Assembly (NCBI GenBank): GCA_027339635.1 | Contig: DAHWNZ010000007.1 | Coordinates: forward strand, 2,610 to 66,609 | From: Candidatus Dormiibacterota bacterium | Lineage (GTDB): Bacteria; Chloroflexota; Dormibacteria; Aeolococcales; Bog-877 | DNA length: 64,000 nt | Reading direction: 5' to 3' | Shown: piece after piece, positions 17,991-26,817 of the stretch | How the letters are laid out: each line of letters opens with the position of its first letter | Numbering within the stretch: position 1 is the stretch's first letter | Translations under genes and position numbers: made by a program | Notes under the pieces: generated by a model | Database searches by the model: none | What the model was told of the DNA's origin: nothing | What the model saw: only the letters and a program-made list of their open reading frames with translations

Positions 17991-19709
17991 ATGAAGAAGA
18001 CCCAAATATCCCCCGGGATCCACCACGCCTCGGCTCGGGGCCCACGCTTTCTGCGCAGGCTGCGCGACCTTCTCGCCGGCGGATTCCAGCCGCCGCAGCT
18101 GGTGCCCGTCCCCATAGCGACTGGAGCCGGTTCCGGGAGGGCGCCACTTCGGCCCGATCCCGTGGAACTGCCGTTGCACAGGGTGTTCGGGCGGCGCCGG
18201 GATGAGGACAAGGAACAGGGCGCCTCGGGCCCTGACGAGCAGGCGGTTCCCGCCGCCGACGCGGAGGTCCAGGGTCAAGGGATCTCCGCTGAACCGCCGA
18301 GTGGCGCGGAGGAGGGCATTTCGCAGGAGTACACGGAGCAGGTCCAACCGGTCCCCTCGGCGTTGACCGATGACGAGCGCTCCGAATTGGCCCCGGAACC
18401 GGGCTTGGAGACGTCCCCGGTCGGATCCAGCTGGTCCAGCACATCACCTGACGACCCGGCGACGGAACCCTCTCCCTTCGCCTTCGAGCCGGCGGCCGAT
18501 CCGCAGGATCTGCCAGCGTGGACGCCCAGCCCTCTATCCCAGGGCGGGTTCCCATCCTTCGGCGCCACGTCGGGCGAGGAGGCGTCGCCTCTGTCCCCGT
18601 GGTCCAGCGGCGTGGACCCCGATCCCAGTCCGTTTGGTGGGGTGCCCAGCGCGGAGGAGGCGGCCAACGATGAACCTGGCGGCTGGCCGCAGGCGCCCGA
18701 GCCCGTGCCGTACTGGGCAAGCTCCGGGACCCCATCCTCTGGCGATGCCGGATTCGGAGATGCGCAATATGTAGAGGCGGAGGCCACCGACCCGGCCCCA
18801 TCCGGTGACTCAGAATGGGCACGAGCGCCAGAAGACCTGGACGCGCCGGCCGAAGAGGCGAAGACCGTAGCGCAAGCGCCCGACGCCTTGGACGTGGTTC
18901 CTGAGGTGGATGCACCCGCCGAGTCCTTCGAGTCCTACGACCCAGACCAGGTAGTCGAAGAGCCGGTCGTGGAGGTTGCCGAGACCCCCTTCGAGATCTC
19001 TGCCCCGGAGCCCGTCACCGCGCCCACTCCGATCTACCATGTCGAGGAACCCGCTCGCCATGTCGGGGCCGCCGCTCTGGTGGCGGACGCCCGCGCATTC
19101 CCTCTCCCCGAGGGGGACGTCCTGTTCCGCAACCTGCGCTCGGGGTTCACCGACCCAGCCCGACTCTTGCGGCACCTGGCCGGGGAGGGCCACACCGGCG
19201 TCATGCACGTGGCCTCGCTCGACGATCGCAACAGCTACATAGTCCTGGTGGACGGCTACGTGGTGGCGGTAGCGTCCGACTCCCAGGGGCGTCTTACCAC
19301 CACCAACAGGGTGTCCTTCCCCAGCTTTCCCAACAGTCAGGACATCCTCAACGTGATCATCTACCCGAGGGAGATCGCTCGTGGCCTGGGCCTGCTGCTG
19401 CACGCCCCCGTTCACTTCCGGGGCCTGGGGGCGATGTTCATCAATATGGACGGGCTGCGCAGCTATCTCAGCAAGCACTCGGCCTCCGGCGGTCTGGTGG
19501 TGCAGTCCGACCAGGGCACCGGGGTAGCTCTGTTCGACGACGGCCGGCTGGTCGGGGCCTACAGCGGCAACGCCGCCCCCGAGGCGGATCTGGCACCTCT
19601 TAGGGACCTCATCAAGGACCTCGATGCAGAGATTGATGTCCGCTTCGGGGGGCCCCAGTCGCTCGATCCCATTCCCCTGGACACCCTGCTGGCCGGCTAC
19701 CCCTTGTGA
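17991..19709 (+). CDS. hypothetical protein: ~330 aa acidic Pro/Ser-rich disordered region + C-terminal tandem DUF4388-like repeats
   Basis: ATG 17991 lies 8 nt after AGGAG. The C-terminal ~230 aa has two similar modules (GHTGVMHVASLDDRNSYIVLVDGYVVAVAS and SGGLVVQSDQGTGVALFDDGRLVGAYSG). The family call is tentative. Confidence 0.6.
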   Translation: MKKTQISPGIHHASARGPRFLRRLRDLLAGGFQPPQLVPVPIATGAGSGRAPLRPDPVELPLHRVFGRRRDEDKEQGASGPDEQAVPAADAEVQGQGISAEPPSGAEEGISQEYTEQVQPVPSALTDDERSELAPEPGLETSPVGSSWSSTSPDDPATEPSPFAFEPAADPQDLPAWTPSPLSQGGFPSFGATSGEEASPLSPWSSGVDPDPSPFGGVPSAEEAANDEPGGWPQAPEPVPYWASSGTPSSGDAGFGDAQYVEAEATDPAPSGDSEWARAPEDLDAPAEEAKTVAQAPDALDVVPEVDAPAESFESYDPDQVVEEPVVEVAETPFEISAPEPVTAPTPIYHVEEPARHVGAAALVADARAFPLPEGDVLFRNLRSGFTDPARLLRHLAGEGHTGVMHVASLDDRNSYIVLVDGYVVAVASDSQGRLTTTNRVSFPSFPNSQDILNVIIYPREIARGLGLLLHAPVHFRGLGAMFINMDGLRSYLSKHSASGGLVVQSDQGTGVALFDDGRLVGAYSGNAAPEADLAPLRDLIKDLDAEIDVRFGGPQSLDPIPLDTLLAGYPL

Positions 19710-20509
19710 GTTGGGCCGGGGAGCCACCGCCCGAGGGAGGGCCCGGCGACAGCCGGGACCAGTTCTCGCGGGTGGCGGAGGCTTATCACACCAGTGAGAC
19801 GCGCTCCGACCCCGTGTTCCTGGCGCGCTTCATCTCGATCTGCGACCTCAAACCCAATCACCGGGTGCTGGATCTGGCCACCGGGGCGGGCCACGTGGCC
19901 ATGGCGGCTTCGCCTCTGGTACGGGAGGTGGTCGCTCTGGACGTGGCCGAGGAGATGCTCGATCAGGCCCGCTCTCTCTCCGCCTCCCAGGAGGCGCGCA
20001 ACGTCACCTTCGTCCTCGCCGACGCCGAGGCCCTGCCGTTTCCTGCGGAGAGCTTTGACCGGGTGCTGGTCAGGTCCGCCCCCCACCACTTTCCCCACCT
20101 TCTCCTGGCTCTGGCCGAAGCGCACAGAGTCCTGGTCCCCGGCGGGGTGTTCGCCATCAGCGACTGCTCCCCGCCGCCCGTGGTACGCGACTGGTTGGAG
20201 GTCGTGGAGGCGGGGCGGGAGCGTTCCCACTTCCGCAGCCGCGCTCTGGAGGAGTGGCGCGCCCTGCTCCAGGCGTTGGGATTCACGGTGGAGCTGGCGG
20301 AGAGGGTCGAGCAGGAAAAGGACATCCTGGAGTGGTTCGATCGGGCTGGGGTAGCTCCCCGGGACCGCCGCCGCCTGCTCGACTACTACGAGACCGCGCC
20401 CGCCGCGGTCCTGGGACAGCTGACCCCGCAATGGCGCGAGGGGCGCTTCTATCACCGTTACTGGCAGGCCCTGATCAGGGCGCGCCGACCGCTCAACCCT
20501 CTGCCCTGA
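19706..20509 (+). CDS. class I SAM-dependent methyltransferase (Methyltransf_11/UbiE-like)
   Basis: Motif I VLDLATGAGHV, acidic loop VVALDVAEEML, post-I LADAEALPF, and LVPGGVFAISD. The GTG start overlaps the upstream stop. Confidence 0.85.
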   Translation: MSWAGEPPPEGGPGDSRDQFSRVAEAYHTSETRSDPVFLARFISICDLKPNHRVLDLATGAGHVAMAASPLVREVVALDVAEEMLDQARSLSASQEARNVTFVLADAEALPFPAESFDRVLVRSAPHHFPHLLLALAEAHRVLVPGGVFAISDCSPPPVVRDWLEVVEAGRERSHFRSRALEEWRALLQALGFTVELAERVEQEKDILEWFDRAGVAPRDRRRLLDYYETAPAAVLGQLTPQWREGRFYHRYWQALIRARRPLNPLP

Positions 20510-20533
20510 CGATTTCGGCGTAACCTAGGCGCT

Positions 20534-20908
20534 GTGGCAGAGCCGATAGATCTGAGCGGGGTTCACGGGGAGCTGGATCGACTCAAGCGCCAGCTCTGTC
20601 ACTGCCAGCTCCGGGGGGAATGCCTTGGTTGCAAGGGGGTGGAGATGATCCGGCAGCAGCTGGAGGCGGTGGTCGCGGCGGCCTCCCAGCCGGTGCTGCT
20701 CCAGGTCGCCCAGGAGACTGCGGCCAAGGACATGATGGACCAGTTCTCCAAGATGCAGGAACGGCTCATGGATGACCCTCAGATCCGTCACGCGGCGGAG
20801 GCCTTCCAGGAACGGCTGCTGGAAGACCCGGAAGCCCGCCGCATGATCGAGGATCTCATGCGCCGGCTTGGCCAGGGCGGCGAAGAGGGCGGCAGCCCAC
20901 CTTCGTGA
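20534..20908 (+). CDS. hypothetical small protein with CxC-x5-CxxC motif
   Basis: 124 aa with LCHCQLRGECLGCKG near the N-terminus; the rest is helical and acidic. GTG start. The stop overlaps the next start (GTGA). Confidence 0.5.
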   Translation: MAEPIDLSGVHGELDRLKRQLCHCQLRGECLGCKGVEMIRQQLEAVVAAASQPVLLQVAQETAAKDMMDQFSKMQERLMDDPQIRHAAEAFQERLLEDPEARRMIEDLMRRLGQGGEEGGSPPS

Positions 20909-21795
20909 ACCGCAGTCGGCGTTGCGTGCTGGTGTCTCCCGGGGGCAACGCTCGCATGGTGGCCCGGGCCGCCTCTACGCCCGCCGGGGAGGTCGTGCTC
21001 GACTTGGAGGATGCCGTCGCCCCTAGCCCAGAGGCCAAGGCAAAGGCGCGACAGGAGCTCGCCCGCCTGCTCGAATCCACCGACTTCGGCGGCAGAACGG
21101 TTGCGGTGCGCATCAATGCGGTCGGCGGCAGGGAAGCGCTCGAGGACCTTCTCACCCTGATTCCGCGGGTCGGCGATCGGATCGACTGTCTGGTCATTCC
21201 CAAGGTGTCCAGTCCATCCCAGATCGGCTTCGTGGAGCACTGCCTGGAGGCGTTGGAGCAGGGTCGCGACCATCGCACGGGGCTGGAGATCCAGATCGAG
21301 GACCCCGTGGGGCTGGAAGCCCTTCCGGCGCTCGCCTCCTGCTCCGACCGTCTGGAGGCCCTGATATTCGGACCGGGAGACTTCGCAGCCGCCATGGGCA
21401 TGCCGCAGACGACGATCGGTGGCCAGCCCGCCGGATATCCGGGTGACATCTGGCACTTCCCTCTTTTCAAGATCGCGGTTGCGGCCAGGGCCAGGGGTCT
21501 CCAGGTGGTTGACGGCCCCTACGCCGCCCTCGCTGACGAGCCCGGCCTCGAGCTCGCCTGCCAGCGGGCGGCGGCACTCGGGCTGGATGGCAAGTGGGCG
21601 ATCCACCCGAGTCAGGTTGCGACCATCGAGCGGCTGATGGCTCCCAGCACGGCGCAGGTGCAAAGGGCTAGGGAGGTGCTGGCGCAGGTGGCCGGCGCGG
21701 GCGGCGCGTCACGGTTGGGCGAGGAGATGGTCGATGAGGCCAATCGCCGCATGGCGGAGGCTGTCATGCAGCGCAGCGGGGAGGAATCGGGTTGA
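20905..21795 (+). CDS. HpcH/HpaI aldolase / citrate-lyase beta (CitE)-like CoA-ester lyase
   Basis: VLDLEDAVAP, VRINA, IPKVSSP and LIFGPGDFAAAMG follow the CitE/malyl-CoA lyase pattern. Confidence 0.85.
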   Translation: MNRSRRCVLVSPGGNARMVARAASTPAGEVVLDLEDAVAPSPEAKAKARQELARLLESTDFGGRTVAVRINAVGGREALEDLLTLIPRVGDRIDCLVIPKVSSPSQIGFVEHCLEALEQGRDHRTGLEIQIEDPVGLEALPALASCSDRLEALIFGPGDFAAAMGMPQTTIGGQPAGYPGDIWHFPLFKIAVAARARGLQVVDGPYAALADEPGLELACQRAAALGLDGKWAIHPSQVATIERLMAPSTAQVQRAREVLAQVAGAGGASRLGEEMVDEANRRMAEAVMQRSGEESG

Positions 21796-22940
21796 GTGGA
21801 GCCGAGCCCTCGCGCCCCAGGCTGTCCCAGGCGACCAGGGTTGTGCACGGATCTGGGTTTCGTGACGAGAGGTCGGGAGCGGTCACTCCGCCTCTGAGCG
21901 TCTCGGCCACCTTCGACCATGCCAATCCGCTCGGCCTGAGTTACGGCCGGGACCACAACCCGACCTGGGCCCTGCTGGAGGCGGCGGTGGCAGACCTGGA
22001 GGAGGCGCCGGGCTGCGTCAGTTTCGCCTCGGGAATGGCCGGGGTGGCGGCCGTGCTCGATCTCATCTCCATCGGCTCCAAGACGGTGATCGCCAGGGAC
22101 TCCTACACGGGCAGCCGGCTGTTGCTGGAGAGCCTTAGGGCCGGAGGTCGATTCGCCGTGGAGATGGTGCATGCGACCGACCTGGAGCAGCTCGCCCGGG
22201 CCGCCCGGGGAGCCTCCCTGATCTGGGTCGAGACCCTGGGCAATCCGCTCCTCACCGTGCCCGACCTGGCGGCGGCGGCGGAAATAGCCCACGCCGCCGG
22301 GGCCCTGCTGGCCGTCGACAACACTCTGGCCACGCCCCTGCTGTGCCAGCCGCTAACGTTGGGGGCCGACCTGGTGGTGCACTCAGCGTCCAAGTTCATA
22401 GGAGGACATGACGACCTCATTCTGGGCGTGGTCGCGGCCCGCGACCCGACCCTCCTGACGCGGCTCCAGCGCTACCGCACCAGCTTTGGCGCCTCTCCCG
22501 GCCAGTTGGAGGCCTGGCTCGCCCTGCGCGGGCTCAAGACTCTGGACGTCAGGTTACGCCGGCAGATGGAGACCGCCCGCTGGCTGGCGCAGGAGCTGTC
22601 AGCTCGCACCGCGATCACCAGGGTGCACTATCCCGGTCTGCCTGACCATCCCCAGCACGACCTGGCGACTCAGCGACTCCGGGGTGGATACGGGTCGATG
22701 GTGTCCATCGATTTGGGAGCCACGAAGGAGCGCACCGAGCGGTTCTGTGCGGCGACCAGAGTGTGGGTCAATGCCACCAGCCTGGGGTCGGTCGGATCCC
22801 TGCTGGAGCGCAGAGGGCGCTGGGAGGGCGAGGAGCATCTACCCGCGGGCCTGGTGCGCCTCTCGGTGGGACTAGAGGGGAGGGAGGACCTGCTGGCCGA
22901 TCTCGATCAGGCGCTGGCGGCAGCCGATCTGCCGGGCTGA
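21792..22940 (+). CDS. Cys/Met-metabolism PLP enzyme (cystathionine gamma-synthase/lyase family)
   Basis: PLP-lysine motif HSASKFIGGHDD, with NPTW...LE and VETLGNPLL motifs. The TTG start overlaps the upstream stop. Confidence 0.9.
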   Translation: MSGAEPSRPRLSQATRVVHGSGFRDERSGAVTPPLSVSATFDHANPLGLSYGRDHNPTWALLEAAVADLEEAPGCVSFASGMAGVAAVLDLISIGSKTVIARDSYTGSRLLLESLRAGGRFAVEMVHATDLEQLARAARGASLIWVETLGNPLLTVPDLAAAAEIAHAAGALLAVDNTLATPLLCQPLTLGADLVVHSASKFIGGHDDLILGVVAARDPTLLTRLQRYRTSFGASPGQLEAWLALRGLKTLDVRLRRQMETARWLAQELSARTAITRVHYPGLPDHPQHDLATQRLRGGYGSMVSIDLGATKERTERFCAATRVWVNATSLGSVGSLLERRGRWEGEEHLPAGLVRLSVGLEGREDLLADLDQALAAADLPG

Positions 22941-23560
22941 TCGCGGGCCGCCCTCAGCATGGCTCCCACCAATTCCAGGATGGCCTCACGGACCGCCTTG
23001 GGATCCAGCTCGTCTCCGGCCACGGCCCAATCGACTACGGCGCCGTCCAGCGCCATCGCGATCGCCCGGGCGAAGCGGGCGACCGGCAGCCCCTGGGGGA
23101 GCTCCCCAGCAGCGATGCGGCTCTCGATGAAGCTGGTGATGAAGCTGTTGATGACATCTCGCCTCAGCAGCAATGAGGTCCGTACCAGTTCATTGGCGGG
23201 CGCCTCTGCCAGCGCGCTGAGGAGAAGCCCGGCGCCACCATCGGACGAGAGGCGACTCAGGTAGTAGTCGACCGCTCGCTCCAGCCACAGGCGGGGATCG
23301 GAGATCCGGGAGAGCTCGAGCCGCAAGCCCTCCGCCTCGGCCCTGGTCTGGGCGCTGCATATCTCGGTGTAGAGCTCGACCTTGCTCCTGAAGTAGCGGT
23401 AGAGCAGCCCTACCGAGATGCCGCACTCGGCAGCTATGTCGGGGACGCTGGTGCCCTGCAAGCCTGATCTGGCGAAGGCGCGGGCCGCGCCGTCAAGAAT
23501 CCGCTGGCGGACCAGGTCGGCGTGGGACGGAACCTCGGCTTCTCGCTCGACGATGCTCAC
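22907..23560 (-). CDS. TetR/AcrR family transcriptional regulator
   Basis: HTH SVPDIAAECGISVGLLYRYFRSKVELY. GTG 23560 is preferred because the ATG at 23620 lies inside the operator palindrome. Confidence 0.85.
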   Translation of the reverse strand: MSIVEREAEVPSHADLVRQRILDGAARAFARSGLQGTSVPDIAAECGISVGLLYRYFRSKVELYTEICSAQTRAEAEGLRLELSRISDPRLWLERAVDYYLSRLSSDGGAGLLLSALAEAPANELVRTSLLLRRDVINSFITSFIESRIAAGELPQGLPVARFARAIAMALDGAVVDWAVAGDELDPKAVREAILELVGAMLRAARDQPGRSAAASA

Positions 23561-23607
23561 TCTCCCGCCGCTTCCAGAGAACTCCCACCTGCTACCCTGG
23601 CAGTCTA

Positions 23608-23629
23608 CATGAATGAACATTCATTCATG
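23608..23629. promoter_or_regulatory. candidate TetR operator (perfect 10-bp inverted repeat)
   Basis: CATGAATGAA-ca-TTCATTCATG is AT-rich in a GC-rich genome. It lies in the divergent TetR/MMPL intergenic region, 41 nt upstream of the MMPL ATG. Confidence 0.6.
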
Positions 23630-23669
23630 AGTCCCGTGATCCACCTCAGATAGCCTGGGAGTAGAGCCG

Positions 23670-25955
23670 ATGTTTTCAAGGCTGGGAAGCTTCGACATCC
23701 GCCACCGCCGGATCATCCCCCTCGCCGCCATCGCCCTCATGCTCCTCATGCTGGGCCTGTCCGGCCCGTTCGGGGGGCAGCTGTCGGCGGGCGGGTTCAG
23801 CGTGCCTGGTTCGCCGAGCCAGCGCGCCACGACCCTTCTCGCCAGGTACTTTGGAGCGGCCACCACGCAGCTGCTCCTGGTGTACCGAAGCCCTCTCCCG
23901 GATGCTTCAACGGAGGCGGTTCAGGCCAAGGTCGAGTCCAGCTTCAAACGGCTCGCCGCACGACCCCAAGTCGCCAGCGTCCTCGACTACAGCAACACCC
24001 GCCAGGCGTTGTTCATAGGCGGTGGCGGACACGACACGTTCGCGGTTGTCAACCTCAAGCTGAGCGAGACCAAGGCCACCGATGAGCTGCCCCGCCTGGA
24101 GTCCTACTTGATACGGCCGACAGGCCTGCAGATGTGGGTTACAGGGGCGCCGGCGATCGACGCCTTGTACAACACCGCCCTGGAAAGGCAGCTCAAGAAG
24201 GCCGAGTTGATCGCTCTGCCGATCTCACTGCTGCTCCTTCTGATCGTGTTCGGGTCGGTGCTGGCAGCGTTATTGCCGCTCCTGATCGCCGGGATCGCGG
24301 TGCCGACGGCGCTCGGAATCATCGGTCTGCTCTCGGCCCACATCTCGATGTCGATCTTTGTGACCAATGTCGCCACCATCGTCGGGCTGGGACTGTCCAT
24401 CGACTACTCGCTGTTCTTCGTGAAGCGGTATCGGGAGGAGCTCAGCCATTCGGACGTCGCCACTGCGGTCAGGGCGGCGACGGCCAGTGCAGGCAAGGCG
24501 GTCGCCATATCCGGCACCGCGGTCGCGGTGGGGCTGAGCTCCCTCACCCTGTTCCCAACGTCAGCTCTCTCCAGCATGGGGATCGGCGGTGTCGTGGTGG
24601 TCGCGTGCACCCTGCTCTTCGCGCTGACCGCGTTGCCGGCGGTGCTGGCCCTGCTGGGGCCGAGGATCAACAGGTTCAGCATCCGGCGGAGCCTCCATCG
24701 GGCGAGCTCCCCGGCTGACCACCACTCCAGCTTCTGGGGCTGGGTGGCGACCCGGGTGATGCGCCACCCTATCGCGATCGCGCTACCCATCGCGGTCATC
24801 CTGCTCGCCGCCGGCACCCCGTTTCTCAGCCTCCGCCTGTCCACCGGGAGCAGCGTGAGCGAGATTCCTCAGGGTCCCGCCCACACCGGCTATGCGATCC
24901 TGGCCGACTCCTTCCCCCAGGCTGGTGGGATTGACGACATGAATCTGGTCTTGCGCTATGGCCATGGCCTTGGAGGACGCCTTGGCGCCGGCCAGGAAGC
25001 CGCCCTGGGAGCCTACCTTGCCCGGATACGTGCGCTGCCCGGGGTGGAGGGTATCGACGGCGTCCTTAACCCGCCGCCCGGGCTTAGCCAGGCGGCATAC
25101 CTGAAGGAGCTTCAGCTGCCGGGGGGACTGCGGCCCACTGCCGTGACCACCTACATCAAGTCGAACATCCGCGGGCCAATCGCCCAGTTCGAGGTTGCCA
25201 ACAGCTTCGGCCCGGACTCCAAGTCGGGAGCCAACCTGGTCCATGCGATCAGGGCCATCCCCGGCCCCCCCGGCACCACGGCGTTGCTGGCCGGTGGTGC
25301 GGCGCAGTCGGTGGATTTCATCAACGCCTTTGCCAAGACGATCCCGTGGGCGGTGCTCCTGGTGGTGGCGGTGACGATGCTGGTGCTCTTCCTGACCTTC
25401 GGTTCTGTGGTCCTGCCGGTCAAGGCGGTGCTGATGAGCATGATCTCGATCAGCGCCGCCTTTGGAGCGATGGTCTGGATCTTCCAGCAGGGCCATCTCT
25501 CGAACATTCTTGGATTCACGCCACCCGGGTCGATAACGGCGACCGACCCGGTGCTGATGTTTGCCATCCTGTTTGGCCTCTCCATGGACTACGAGGTGTT
25601 CTTGTTGACCAGGATCAGGGAGCGCTACCTGGAGACAGGTGACAATCGGCGCTCCGTGGCGGAGGGGCTGGCCGCGACCGGAGGCGTGATCAGCTCGGCG
25701 GCCCTGATCATGATCACAGTCTTCGCCGCCTTCGCACTTGGCCACGTGCTCGACATCCAGATCCTCGGGGTGGGCATGGCCATCGCGGTCGCCGTGGACG
25801 CGACCCTGGTCCGGGGGGTGATGGTCCCGGCGCTGATGAGGCTGCTGGGTCCGCTGAACTGGTGGGCCCCCAGGGGGGTCAAATCGTGGGTGGCCCGGCT
25901 CGGCTTCTACGAGGAGCCTCGTGCCGATCTGCGTCCCGAGGTGGGGACCAGCTGA
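23670..25955 (+). CDS. MMPL-family (RND superfamily) membrane transporter
   Basis: 761 aa with two 6-TM bundles and two periplasmic loops. IDYSLFFVKRYREEL and GLSMDYEVFLLTRIRE are MMPL hallmarks. Confidence 0.9.
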   Translation: MFSRLGSFDIRHRRIIPLAAIALMLLMLGLSGPFGGQLSAGGFSVPGSPSQRATTLLARYFGAATTQLLLVYRSPLPDASTEAVQAKVESSFKRLAARPQVASVLDYSNTRQALFIGGGGHDTFAVVNLKLSETKATDELPRLESYLIRPTGLQMWVTGAPAIDALYNTALERQLKKAELIALPISLLLLLIVFGSVLAALLPLLIAGIAVPTALGIIGLLSAHISMSIFVTNVATIVGLGLSIDYSLFFVKRYREELSHSDVATAVRAATASAGKAVAISGTAVAVGLSSLTLFPTSALSSMGIGGVVVVACTLLFALTALPAVLALLGPRINRFSIRRSLHRASSPADHHSSFWGWVATRVMRHPIAIALPIAVILLAAGTPFLSLRLSTGSSVSEIPQGPAHTGYAILADSFPQAGGIDDMNLVLRYGHGLGGRLGAGQEAALGAYLARIRALPGVEGIDGVLNPPPGLSQAAYLKELQLPGGLRPTAVTTYIKSNIRGPIAQFEVANSFGPDSKSGANLVHAIRAIPGPPGTTALLAGGAAQSVDFINAFAKTIPWAVLLVVAVTMLVLFLTFGSVVLPVKAVLMSMISISAAFGAMVWIFQQGHLSNILGFTPPGSITATDPVLMFAILFGLSMDYEVFLLTRIRERYLETGDNRRSVAEGLAATGGVISSAALIMITVFAAFALGHVLDIQILGVGMAIAVAVDATLVRGVMVPALMRLLGPLNWWAPRGVKSWVARLGFYEEPRADLRPEVGTS

Positions 25956-26454
25956 GGGGGAGCCGGCACCGGCGGATGAGCCCAGGATCGGCTGGTCCGA
26001 TTCCGCTCCAGATCAGCTGTGGTCCGCTGGCGGCTGGTTCCCCAAAGGCCCGGCCGCCATCGCGGTTGCTCGGGAGGGCGCGGCGCCGTCCCGAGCCTGC
26101 GAGATGGGGACCATGTCGACTGCACCCCCTGCGGTCCAGTCCCCACTGGGCCCTGGGGTCGGATGGGCCAGCGGCCGTGGCCGTGATCCAGGAGGTGGCA
26201 GGACCAGAGGGCTGCTCTCCGGGCTCCGGGCCAGCTCTTGGGCAGCACGGTCACCCGGCCCGACCGGCGCGGACTGAAAGCGCGCCACACCGGCCAAGGC
26301 CGGCCCCAATCGAGATGCGCTGAAGGATTCCAGCGGCGTTCGTGAGACGCGAACCGGGCGCGAAAGCGGACCGGAACACAGGAACCGTCTGCATCCGCCA
26401 ACGAAATCCGGTCATCTTTGCCAAGTCGTTGGCCCAGGCCACATAATCAAGGTC

Positions 26455-26796
26455 GTGATGGCGGTCACCGAGGAGAAGACCGATCGGCGGGACATGCTGC
26501 GCCGTCTGGATGACATCCTGGAAGCGCTGGAGCAGCTGAACCTAAGCGAGGCCGCGGCGCTGCCGGAGCGGGTGGTGCGCTCCCTTGCCGCCCATGAGAT
26601 TCCGGTCGAGGATGGCGTCGAGATCAGGGTCCTGATCGAGCGGGTGTGGCGCAAACAGGAGGCCCACATGCTCAACCCACGCCAGGACCGTCGCAAGAAC
26701 AGCTCCCGGCGCACCACTCCCCGGCGTCCCCCGGGCCACGACGTTATCGAGAGCATCCTCCGGCAGACCGGCCCGGGAGACTCTGGACGTTATTGA
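26455..26796 (+). CDS. hypothetical small protein (helical acidic N-half, basic C-half)
   Basis: Good GC3 bias and protein-like composition (LRRLDDILEALEQLNLSEAAALPERVV). The antisense ORF 26412..26756 is Ser/Arg-rich junk. No family recognised. Confidence 0.45.
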   Translation: MMAVTEEKTDRRDMLRRLDDILEALEQLNLSEAAALPERVVRSLAAHEIPVEDGVEIRVLIERVWRKQEAHMLNPRQDRRKNSSRRTTPRRPPGHDVIESILRQTGPGDSGRY

Positions 26797-26817
26797 CACC
26801 GGGCCTCGCGGACCTGG

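Noticed and set aside
17641-18915. 424-aa minus-strand ORF opposite the DUF4388-like gene
   Set aside because: Its composition is extremely Arg/Pro-rich and it overlaps the end of the DUF2342 gene. The plus-strand ORF has an SD-spaced ATG and a structured C-terminal domain. Strand choice in the low-complexity part still deserves RNA-seq confirmation.
25862-26442. ORFs 25862..26323 (+), 25907..26401 (-), 26013..26309 (-) and 26251..26442 (-) in the 500-bp gap
   Set aside because: All are Trp/Arg/Pro/Gly-rich, mutually overlapping and without motifs. The 26442 start would sit 13 nt from the divergent 26455 start. I treat the region as non-coding or decayed (see findings).
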